Source: Dendrobates tinctorius (lineage: Eukaryota). From it: DNA of 64,000 nt. Location: positions 36,766,001-36,830,000 of the forward strand of contig NW_027361679.1 in assembly GCF_039654945.1 (NCBI RefSeq). Direction: 5' to 3'. The position numbers were made by a program, and so were the translations under genes. Of this stretch, positions 46,906 to 58,139 are shown in pieces (position 1 is the stretch's first letter; each line of letters begins with the position of its first letter). The notes beneath the pieces are model-generated. The model had not been told where the DNA came from. It ran no database searches and worked only from the letters and a program-made list of their open reading frames with translations.

Positions 46906-47983
46906 TCTCCTGTGGGCAGAGCTACTGAGCATGCTCAGACCAAAAAAACCGGATCCGGCGCATTGCGGCGCTCATAGGCTTTCATTGTGTGAAAAAGCCG
47001 GACGCGCCGGATCTGGCGGGTACGGCTTTTTCGCCGGAGACAAAAAACGTTACAGTAGACGTTTTTTCCAGACGCCGGATCGCGACACATTGCGACACAT
47101 TGCCGGATCCGGCGAAAACCGGATGAAACGCATGGCCATCCGGCGCGATCCGGCGCAAATGCAAGTCAATGGGGGGGAAACCGGATCCGGCATTGCATTT
47201 CGCCGGATCCGGTTTCTGTCAAAAGTGCCGGATCGCACCTGACGGCGAAAACCTGATGTGTGAAAGAGGCCTTACACACTTCTAAATAATCACCACTTGC
47301 TATGATTTGCGATACTGTGAAAGAACAGATTTTCATGTCTGTGATAGGTGCAGGTATGTAGGATTAGACCCTTTCTTGTTCCATGACTTGAAATCACCTT
47401 GCTCAAACCTACTGATTTCCTATTAATATCAGTATTTAGAAATATAAAGCAGTTTTATCGAAAAAATGCTTGACTAATACTGGGCTGCCATTAGGGAAGT
47501 TCAGCAGCTGAGTGTCGGCTCAAAATATCTGCAGTTTTGCAAATTTCAGGATGTGATGACTGATTGACAATCACACGCCACATAAAGAAAACTTCTGTGT
47601 CTAGAGCTTCAGTTTCTAAGGTCTGAGAAAATGACTCTTCCCCACACATACTGGCATCAGATTGTAAAAACGTCTATGCAGCACTAAAAGTAGACGACTG
47701 AAGGCGACCAGCACATTTACAGAAATCCGAGCAATTTATGCTGCAAATCTGCACACAGACAACCCATCTTACTAACACCGGTCTTGATAAATTCCCCCCA
47801 TAACACTTATATAATCTTTGATTGATGCAGAGCCGAAGATAATGTATTCTTCGACAGAAATTTCAGGCCGACTACGATGTCTATTCAATGGGATGATTAC
47901 CAAAAAGTTTATAGGTCTAATAGGGAATGTGCCAAGCCAGCGTAAGAAGACTTAAAGGCCGTGCAATTCCTCTGGGAATTTAA

Positions 47984-50900
47984 CCCCTTCACTACCAAGG
48001 GTGGTTTGCACGTTATCTCCCGAGCCAATTTTTACAATTCTGACCACTGTACCTTTATGAGGTAATAACTCTGGAACGCTTCCATGGATCCTGGTGATTC
48101 TGACACTGTTTTCTCGTGACATATTGTACTTCATGTTAGTGGTAAAATTTCATTCATATAACTTGCGTTTATTTGTGAGAAAAACGGAAATTTGGCGAAA
48201 ATTTTGAAAATTCCGCAATTTTCCAACTTTGAATTTTTATGCCCTTAAATCACAGAGATATGGCACACAAAAAACTTAATAAGTAACATTTCCCACATGT
48301 TTACTTTACATCAGCACAATTTTGGAACCAAAATTGTTTTTTGTTAGGACGTTATAAGGGTTAAAAGTTGACCAGCGATCTCTCATTTTTGCAACACCAT
48401 TTTATTTTTACCACATCACATTTGAAGCCACTTTGAGGGGTCTATATGATAGAAAATACCCAAAAGTGATACCATTCTAAAAACTGCACCCCTTAAGGTG
48501 CTTAAAACCACATTCAAGGAGTTTATTAACCCTTCAGGTACTTCACATGAATTTTTTGAATATTTTAAAAAAATTAACATTTAACTTTTTTTCAAAAAAA
48601 AAATTACTTCAGGTTCAATTTTTTTTATTTTACCAAGTGTAACAGGAGAAATTGGACTGGAAAAATTATTGTGCAATTTGTCCTGAGCACGCTGATACCT
48701 GATATGTGGGGGGAACCACTGTTTCGGCGCATGGCAGAGCTCAGAAGAGAAGGAGCGCCGTTTGACTTTTTCAATGCAAAATTGGCTGGAATTCTGATCG
48801 GACGCCATGTCACGTTTGGAGAGCCCCTGATGTACCTAAACAGTGGAAACCCCCCACAAGTGACCCCATTTTTGAAACTAGACCCCCTAAGGAACTTATC
48901 TAGATATGTGGTGAGAACTTTGAACCCACAAGGGCTTCACAGAAGTTTATAATGTACAGCGGTACAATTAAAAAATCATATTTTTTCCACAAAATGATCT
49001 TTTCTCTCCCAATTTTTATTTTCCCAAGGGTAACAGGACCCTAAAAGTTATTGTGCAATTTGTCCTGAGTACGCTGATACCCCATATGTGGGTGTAAATG
49101 ACTATTTGGGCACATGGCAGAGCTCGGAAGGGAAGCAGCGCCATTTGACTTTTTTGGCTGGAATTGAGATCGGACACCATGTCGCGTTTGGAAAGCCCCT
49201 GATGTACCAAAACAGTGGAAACCCCCCACAAATGACACCATTTTGGAAACTAGACCCCCCAAGGAACTTATCTAGATGTGTGGTGAGAACTTTGAACCCC
49301 CAAGTGCTTCACAGAAGTTTATAACGCCCAGGCGTGAAAATAAAAAAAAAAATTTTTTTTCCACAAAATTGATATTTTTGCCCCAAAATTTTTATTTTCC
49401 TAAGGGCAACAGGAGAAATAGGACCCCAAAAGTTGTTTTGCAAATTGTCCTGAGTAGGCTGATACCCCATATGAGGGGGTAAAACACTGTTTGGGTGCAT
49501 GGCAGAGCTTGGAAGGGAAGGAGCACCATTTGACTTTTTCAACGCAGAATTGGCTGGAATTGAGATCAGACGCCATGTTGCGTTTGGAGAGCACCTGATG
49601 TGCGCAAATAGTGGAAACCCCCAATTCTAACCCTAACCCTAGCCCTAACCCTAACGGGAAAATGGAAATAAATACATTTTTTTAATTTTATTATTTTTCC
49701 TTAACTAAGGGGGTGATAACGGGGGGTTTGATTTACTATTTATGGCGGTTTTTATGTTTGGCGGCTGTCGCACGCTAAAAGACGCTTTTTATTGTAAAAA
49801 TTGTTTTTGCATCACCACATATTGAGAGCTATAATTTTTCCATATTTTGACCCACCGAGTCATGTGAGGTCTTATTTTTTGCGGGACGAGTTGACGCTTT
49901 TATTGGTATCATGTTCGGGCATGTGACGTTTTTTGATCGCTTTTTATTCCGTTTTTTGGGACGCAGAATTTACAAAAACCAGCGTTTCATGAATTTCTTA
50001 TGGATGTTGCGTTTACGCCGTTCCGGGTGCGGTAAAATTTATAAGGCGGTTTTATTCTTCGGGTCAGTACGGTTACAGCGATACCTCATTTAGGTCGTTT
50101 TTTTATGTTTTGGCGTTTTTATGCAATGAAAACAATTTTATATAAAAAATAATTATTTTTGCATCACTTTATTCGGCGAGCTATAACTTTTTTATTTTTT
50201 CGCTGATGATGCTGTTTGGCGGCTCGTTTTTTGCGGGACAAAATGACGTTTTCAGCAGTACCATGGATATTTATATGCATCTTTTTGATCGCGCGTTATT
50301 GCACTTTTTGTTAGGCGATATGATAAATCATTTTTTGCTTCGTTTTTTATTTTTATTTTTTAAGGGGTTCGCTTAAGGGGTTAACTATTGAGACAGTTTT
50401 ATAGGGCGGGTCGTTACGGACGCGGCGATACCAAATATGTGTACTTTTATTGTTTGTTTTTTTTTATTTCCAAAAAATGAATTTATTGGGGAATATATAT
50501 ATTTTTTTTTAAATTTAGCGATTTTTTTTAAATTTTTACACTTTTTTATTTTTTTTTTTACTTTATTACAATGTCCCAGGGGGGACATAACTGTCCTGTG
50601 ACAGATCGCTGATCTGTCACATCACAGATCACTGTGACAGATCAGCGATCTGTCACAGGCACTGCACAGGCTTCCTCATGCCTGCGCTTTGCAGGCACTG
50701 AGGAAGCCAGCTTCCTGCAGGCCCCCGGAGGTCCCCGTCGCCATATTGGATCCGGGAACCTGCAGGAAAGGAGCCCCCCGCAGCAGCGCTGCACATTGCG
50801 CTGCCGTGGGAGGCTCAGGGAAGCACGGAGGGAGCCCCCTCCCTGCCGATGCTTCCCTTTAACCCCCGGTACACCGCGATCGTGTTTGATCGCGGTGTGC

Positions 50901-51104
50901 AAGGGGTTAACGTGTTGGGGGCGGTCCGTGACCGCCCCTGACACATTGTGCCGGGTGTCAGCTATGATAATTAGCTGACACTCGGCCGCGATCAGCGGCG
51001 CTCACCACGTGGGCGCCGCTGATCGCGGTGACGCAATATTCCGTCCATGGTAATTAGGTCCATGGTCACATGGACGGAATATTACGTCAATTGTAGGTAA
51101 GGGG
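47984..51104. mobile_element. Complete non-autonomous TTAA-type (piggyBac/Tx1D-like) element, 3.1 kb
   Basis: TTAA|cccctt...aagggg|TTAA. About 3 internal ~390-bp units (48600-49620) and (CCCTAA)n at about 49628-49655. Confidence 0.88.
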
Positions 51105-51138
51105 TTAAATACATAAATAGGTGAATTATTCCCCCGTG

Positions 51139-51325
51139 GGCCGGGGTCACACTTGTGAGAAACTCGCACGAATCTCGTGTCTCAATACCCGGCACTGCCG
51201 CCGGCAGGACCGGAGTGTGCGGCTGCATATATTTCTATACAGCTGAGCGCTCCAGAGTGCTGGTGGCAGTGCCGGGTATTGAGACGCAAGACTCGTTCGA
51301 GTTTCTTGCAAGTGTGACCCCGGCC
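51139..51325. mobile_element. Harbinger-type palindromic MITE
   Basis: TIRs ggccggggtcacacttg / caagtgtgaccccggcc. Confidence 0.85.
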
Positions 51326-51491
51326 TTAGACTCACAGTCAGAGGCCTCTCACCCAGCCAAATCAGATCTCCTGGTTTGCAGTGAGGAGGGGCAAACACAT
51401 CAAAACACAAGTCTGCAAATGGAGTTTGTGGTTTGGCTTCTTATTCCAAGTCATGTGACAAGGCTTGTTAAAGGCCCAATACAGAATTTAA

Positions 51492-51748
51492 CCCCTTTGT
51501 CCATTTTAACCATCCTGACCAGGCCATTTTTTTCAATTCTGAGAAACTGTCATTTTATGTGATAACTCTGGAATGCTTCAACAGATCCCAGTGATTCTGA
51601 GACTGTGAATTGTGACACATTATACTTCATGTAAGTGGTAAATTTAGGACAATATTTTTTGCGTTTACGATATAGAAAATTTCGCAATTTTCAAACTTTT
51701 AATTTTTATGCACTTAAACCAGAGCGTTATATCACACAACATAGTTAA
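51492..51748. mobile_element. Left end of another Tx1D-like TTAA element
   Basis: TTAA|cccctt start; homologous to 47984-48280. Confidence 0.7.
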
Positions 51749-52107
51749 AGGGGTTATCCACTACTAGGACAACCCCTTCTTGATCAAAGATCCCCTCCTG
51801 TGCAGGCTTCATTAATGCGGTATCGGCGCTCACGGTCCCGGGGTTTGCGTGCGGTTGTTGTGACAGGTGCCAGCGCCACTGTCCCTACCTTTGGACATAT
51901 TGAACATGAAGAGGAAGTCTGGGCGGCAGCTGATCTCAGACTTTCTTTTCCTGCCCAATTCAATTTGGGTGCCGGCATCACTTGTCAGAACAGCAGCACG
52001 GGAGCCTGACTGCTGACACCGCGGGAACAGCGCCTGCACGGGAGGTGAGTATAAGCTTTATTATTTTATAGGAGTATGAGAAGTTGTCCAAGTAGCAGAC
52101 AACTTCT
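51749..52107. mobile_element. Kolobok/T2-type MITE
   Basis: TTAA|aggggttatccactact ... agtagcagacaacttct|TTAA. A second T2 left end abuts it at 52112. Confidence 0.75.
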
Positions 52108-52691
52108 TTAAAGGGAACCTGTCAGCAGGATTGTGTGCAGTGATCTACAGTGTCAGGTTGGTGCCATTACACTGGTTAAACTAATACCTTGGTTGATGAA
52201 ATCAGTCTTGAGGTTTTCGCGAGTTTTCGCCGACGCCATTTTGGATCCCGACGTCCTCCACGCCGGCGACATGTTCTTGCGGCGACGCCATCTTGACTAT
52301 CGCGGGATTTCGCCGATCCAAAATGGCGTTGCCGTAAGAACATGTCGCCGGCATGGAGGACGTCTGGATCCAGGATGGCGCCGGCGGAAGATGATGTCGG
52401 GGATCGTGGAGCAGCGGCGATGACGGCGTGAGTATGAGAGACTGAGTGAGAGAAAGGGTCGTATGTGGAGTGAAAGAGTGAGTGGAGATGGTGAAAGGTG
52501 AGAGGAGTGTGTGTGTTGAGGGTTAACATGGAAAGAGGTGTGCGGTGACGTCACCGGTTACAACTGGACAGAAGTTGTTACAACCGGAAGCTGCTTAGGG
52601 CATTTATTATATAGATTACCACGTATTTGGCACAGTACATAACTGAAGGTGGTCAAAATTTGACCGAAACTTTTTTTTACATTTACTACAA

Positions 52692-53972
52692 GTGGCACAT
52701 GACCATGACTTGGCCCTCTCCTGGATCTCATCATACCTAACAGACCAGACATTCAGAGTCTCCCACTCACACACCACCTCCTCACCTCGCCCCCTATCTG
52801 TCGGAGTCCCACAAGGTTCAGTCCTTGGGCCCCTGCTGTTCTCTATTTACACCTTTGGCCTGGGACAGCTCATAGAATCTCATGGCTTTCAGTATCATCT
52901 TTATGCTGATGACACACAGATCTACATCTCTGGACCAGATATCGCCTCCCTACTAACCAGAATCCCTCAATGTCTGTCCACTATTTCATCCTTCTTCTCC
53001 ACTAGATATCTGAAACTCAACATGGACAAAACAGAATTCATCATCTTTCCCCCATCTCACGTGACCCCCCCTACGAACCTATCAATTACAGTAAATGACT
53101 GCCCACTCTCCCCAGTCCCACAAGCTCGCTGCCTCGGAGTAATCCTTGACGCTGATCTCTCCTTCAAACCACATATCCAAACCCTTTCCACTTCATGCCG
53201 ACTTCAACTCAAAAATATTTCACGCATCCGTTCATTCCTCACCCAAGAATCTGCAAAAACCCTAGTCCATGCCCTCATCTCTCGCCTTGACTACTGCAAC
53301 CTCATGCTCTGTGGCCTCCCCTCAAACACTCTCGCACCCCTCCAATCTATTCTAAACTCTGCTGCCCGACTAATCCACCTGTCCCCCCGCTATTCCCCAG
53401 CTTCTCCCCTCTGTCAATCCCTTCACTGGCTCCCAATTGCCCAGAGACTCCATTACAAAACCCTAACCATGACATACAAAGCCATCCACAACTTGTCTCC
53501 TCCATACATCTGTGACCTCGTCTCCCGGTACTTTCCTGCACGCAACCTCCGATCCTCACAAGATCTCCTTCTCTACTCCCCTCTTATCTCCTCTTCCCAC
53601 AATCGCATACAAGATTTCTCTCGCGCATCACCCCTACTCTGGAACTCTCTACCACAACATATCAGACTCTCACCTACCATCGAAACCTTCAAAAAGAGCC
53701 TGAAGACCCACCTCTTCGAACAAGCCTATAACCTGCAGTAACCACCGATCGACCAAACCGCTGCACGACCAGCTCTACCCTCGCCTACTGTATTATCACC
53801 CATCCCTTGAAGATTGTGAGCCCTCGCGGGCAGGGTCCTCTCTCCTCCTGTACCAGTTATGACTTGTATTGTTTAAGATTATTGTACTTGTTTTTATGTA
53901 TACCCCTCCTCACATGTAAAGCGCCATGGAATAAATGGCGCTATAACAATAAATAATAATAATAATAATAAT
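52692..53972 (+). mobile_element. 5'-truncated young L2 LINE; RT C-terminal ORF open for 349 codons
   Basis: [30 protein letters not shown]. 3' UTR ends in (AAT)n. Confidence 0.95.
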
Positions 53973-54010
53973 GTATGCGAGTACATCTCTTAGCGAGGGA
54001 TACCCTAAAA

Positions 54011-54669
54011 AGGGAACCTGTCATGTCGTGTTTAACATGTAAACTGTCCCCAGTGCGTTATTGGTGATGCATCACTAACCCTTTTTTTAATTAAAAACGG
54101 TGGTCTAATCATGTGCAAAAGCACTTTATATAGTTAGATCATACCTGCTCATGTAGTCATAGGGGTGTGCTGCGTTTTATTCAGTCATGGTTGTTGCCGC
54201 TCATGCAATTTGGATGATGTTACTGGGGCTGTGTCTATGTCATTCAAATCAGCTTTGAAAAATCCTGCACTCGTGGAGTAAGTATTGTGGAACCGCGCTT
54301 GTAGTGTTGATCGGGGAGCCATGCATGCGCCATTATGAGCGATTCCCCTCACATGCGCACTGAAGCCGTGTGTAATACACTGACTGTGTGCGGCCGGATC
54401 AGCTCATCATGACACAAGCGCGTGCGACACTGCAAGTGTGGCTCCATAATACACACGAACGGGATTTTTCAAAGCGGGTTTGAGCGACGTTGGCGTAACC
54501 CCGGGAACATATTCAAATTGTGTGGGCAGCAACAACAACAGTAACTGAATGAAATGAAGCAGCACACCGCTATGACTAAATGAGTAGGTGCGATCTAACT
54601 ATATAAAGTGCTTTTTGCATAGGATTAGACCACCGTTTTTATTTTTAAGAAGGACATGTCAGGTTCCCT
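54011..54669. mobile_element. Kolobok/T2-type MITE
   Basis: agggaacctgtcatgtc ... gacatgtcaggttccct|TTAA, with long internal inverted arms. Confidence 0.75.
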
Positions 54670-55601
54670 TTAAGAAATGAAGGGTGTGGGCTCATGGTGT
54701 TTAAGAAAGCATTGACCAGACCGGAAAGCTAGCAGGATTATTCAGCGATTGGTTCTTTGTGAGCCATCCTTTAGAGGACACAAAAATACTTTAAAAATCG
54801 ATGCTGAGAAATACCCAAGAGACTTCACAGGGGCAGGGTGATTGATCACAAGATAAAAAACCAGCCCAGATGCTGCCATTTTACCACACAGACATCTGCA
54901 CACATAAATAAATGATCAATGGAAGCCCAGCTTTATCCAGTCACATATCAATAAGGAGAGAATACATTACTGCAATCTGAAGCAAAATGTGACATTTTTG
55001 TTTAAAGAAAACGGTTTATTTTTTAATATGGAGATAAACAACATTATGACTCACCCACAAGGAAGAAGGGAGGATAGCTTGGACCTTTCATCCACAGTCA
55101 TTTACTTAAACACTCTAACCTTCTAAAAGGACAATGCTCAGCTCACTGCCATGCCCGATGCGGAGGCACTTCACCGCTGCAGATGGCACACATCACACAC
55201 CATCATCAGTGCTACAGGGGTTAACCCGGAAAGTGCAGTGCTGGATCCGCTCAGAGAAACCAAATACTGAACTCTGTACTGCAGACACCGCTCAGGCAGT
55301 AAGCTGGGCACAAGACGACAGGGTGCGCGCTACTAGTCTCAATCACACGCAAGTACATCTCATAAGGAAGCATGGAGGACTAGTGAAAAAATACAGACAG
55401 GGATTTTGTAAAATTGGATTTTTATTACTTCCCACAATACCAAGTCTCTGTTCATATTACAAGATGGTAACATTTGTGGTGTATGTGGCGCAGAAGCATC
55501 TGGCACACGTACCAAATGTGGCCACAGGCCCCCCCATTTACCAGATGGAGACCTAAAAGAAGTACCTTCCCAGCTATAATAAATATATTACACACACCCA
55601 C

Positions 55602-57285
55602 TGTGAGATGTAAGATTCTTCATGGGAGTCTATATTTAAAAAAAAAAAATATATATATATATCTCTCTCCCTCTCTCCCCCAGAAAGGCTCTGAGATGTT
55701 GAATCTGGAATATGACCTATAATAACAAAGTGCAATATCTCTGAGCCTAGCCGAGCACAAATTCGGAATCTGGATTCCTTTCCCCACGAGCCCATACCAG
55801 GCAGCCACCCCTAGCACTTTGCTTTATGGAGTTATAAAGCATAGCTACCAGGAATTAAATACAGTAGCCGTATTTGGTCTCCCTGCAGAGATAAAATCAA
55901 GTGGCGCCGCTGCTGTATTATTTGGACCTTTGGGTGAAAAGTTATGGGTCATCCACGGTTCCGCCTGAAAAACCATACTCTCCGATATGGGAGGGGGCCC
56001 AGCCTAGGAGATATTAGGCAGACCTTCATTTGTGAACTTAGCTGACGCAGCCAGGGGAATCATGTAACTAAGATTTGGACCTGTGATCCATCAGTGCCTC
56101 CCTGTGGTCACATGCAACATAACACGGTAATTTTAACCTATCTGTACCCTACCCCTGTACTACACTCTTGACTGTATACTTGTATATAAACACACCTGTA
56201 CCTATCTAGTGCTCCTTTTTGGTGATTAAATATAAAATTAATCTTGGGCTGCTCTTTTATCTCGATTCACGAATACTCATGTCCGCACGCTCAGTTGGTT
56301 ATATCATACGCTACCCGGGTTGGTTTCTGACCTGATATAAGCCTGCTGTCGGATGGGTGTTGTGAGTTCATTCTCACCAGTTGTGAGTTCCCCTTCTGGA
56401 CTCCCTCTGGTGGTGACGGGAGGTGGTGCGGCTGGTTTGATTGGTGGACACCTGAGAATGAGGATGATGATTGGATTTCAGGATTCTCAGATTGGATTTA
56501 AGACAGCCGACGCCCTATTCAGTTGCTGGTTATTCCTTCTGGCTTGTCAGCTCTTGGTTTTCAGCTCTGTTCCAGTCATCTAAAGCTAAGTTTTTCTGCT
56601 AATGTTCACACTTGATTTTGTTGGTCTATTCAGTTTTTTGTGAGGTCTGCCAGCCCCGGCTGGGAGTTGAGCTGAATTTCCACTCTTATTTATCAGTATT
56701 TTGCCAATTGGCTTTTTGTCCCTTACTAGTTCGGTCTCTTTTTGCTCTGTCTCAGAATATTTCAGAGTGCTGATATAGTGGGAGAAGTCTAGTGACTTCA
56801 GGGTTAATTTTGCTATCAGAAGTGTTGGACATTATTTTGTAGGGTTTTTTACAGGTTGCAGATAGTGTCTTTCCTTTCCTGTCTAGTTAGTTTGGGCCCC
56901 ATCATTTGCTCAGCCTATTTTCCTGCCTGTGTTTGTGCCTTCATCTTGTTTCACCGTCAATACATGTGTGGGGGCTGTCTTTCCTTTGGGGTCTGCTCTG
57001 GGGCAGTTAGTTTTCCCTTTTCTTGCTTTAGGCTTAGGTAGTCCTCCGGCCGTGACGAGGCGTCTAGGTTCATCGTAGGCACGCTCCACGACTACTGCTA
57101 TTTGTATGGTAAGATCAGGGATCTGCAATCTGCATAGTTACCAACCACTCTGTTTTCTGTGGCTTAGCTTGTTTGCTTTTTTCTCCACGGTGACCCATTC
57201 ATAACAGATGGGGCTTATATCAAACGAGGAACTGGTGGCAGAATATCGTACTGTGTTAGTGAGAAACTCTGTCAGTGATGGCCGG

Positions 57286-57335
<50 letters not shown>

Positions 57336-57555
57336 CAGCCTGCACTGGTGATGTATATCCCCCCTCACTGGGAGCGCCTCATTAACTCGTACCTATAAGG
57401 GAAGCCTTTCCGGCGATTATTTGCCCTCTGTGCAGTTCCCTGAATGACCTGGGGAAGTGGTGGCGTCAGAGAGCCAAACTCTACTGGGTCCTTCTCTCCC
57501 TTCCCCAGAGGTGAGTGAAGCCGACACACCCCCTTTCCCTGTGCGATCCGTCACA
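55602..57555. mobile_element. Probable LTR-like sequence hosting a solo LTR
   Basis: tgtga...tcaca ends, but no matching TSD found; the left boundary is uncertain. Confidence 0.4.
56358..57206. mobile_element. Solo LTR (same family as 34813-35684, opposite orientation)
   Basis: tgttgtga...tcataaca ends; 6-bp TSD gatggg. Confidence 0.88.
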
Positions 57556-57635
57556 CCTTGGCTGATGAAATTCATCTTGTGGTTGTCTAATCTTTATTTT
57601 CAGTTTTGAGTTAATGATATACGCGTGCTCTGGGG

Positions 57636-57674
<39 letters not shown>

Positions 57675-58127
57675 GGGGGGGTCTTCATGTGATGCTCTGA
57701 TTAGCTATTCATCTGTATGGCTTCTGACAGGTCACTGATCTCTCACTGACCTACCCCCTTAGTTTACATAATGAATACACGTACATACTGGAAAGAAAGA
57801 AAAAACCTCTGCATGCATGTGCCAGCCGTGGCACCTGCGCTGCAGCATAATCGCGTGTTTACTGTGTTAATAATAAATGTGCTTGAGGTTATCCTGGTCC
57901 GATAGCTGCTACTGCGCAGGTGGTGCCATCTTGCAGGAGGAAATTTTTCTCATCTCTAGCAAGCCCCGCCCCAAAGCATGACCATATCATTAACTCAAAA
58001 CTGAAAAGGTTAAACAACAACCACAAGACGGATTTCATCAACCAAGGTATCATTTTATTCAGTATAACGGCGCCAACCTGACACTGTCTGTAGGTTACTG
58101 TGCACAATCCTGCTGACAGCTCTCTGG
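57556..58127. mobile_element. Kolobok/T2-type MITE, right portion, containing (TG)n
   Basis: End ...cacaatcctgctgacagc.. is complementary to the left end at 52112-52190. Confidence 0.6.
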
Positions 58128-58139
58128 TTTAAAGGGAAA

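Larger units (their letters stand above)
43272..47271. mobile_element. PIF/Harbinger DNA transposon, 4.0 kb, transposase-deleted, retaining its Myb/SANT-like gene
   Basis: TTA TSD. About 45-bp TIRs containing ctttcacacatcaggttttcg(g/c)cgtcagg(c/t)gcgatccggc. CCGGATCCGG subterminal arrays at both ends. Confidence 0.92.

Noticed and set aside
46231-46932. 233-aa ORF and a polyQ ORF as stand-alone genes
   Set aside because: They read through predicted introns, and the spliced model explains the region better.
52692-53741. 349-aa ORF as a host gene or active LINE
   Set aside because: It is a 5'-truncated L2 lacking the endonuclease and the RT N-terminus.
52112-58127. A single T2 MITE split by 5.3 kb of nested insertions
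   Set aside because: The two halves overlap by about 30 diverged nt rather than a clean TSD, so they may be separate copies. Left unresolved.
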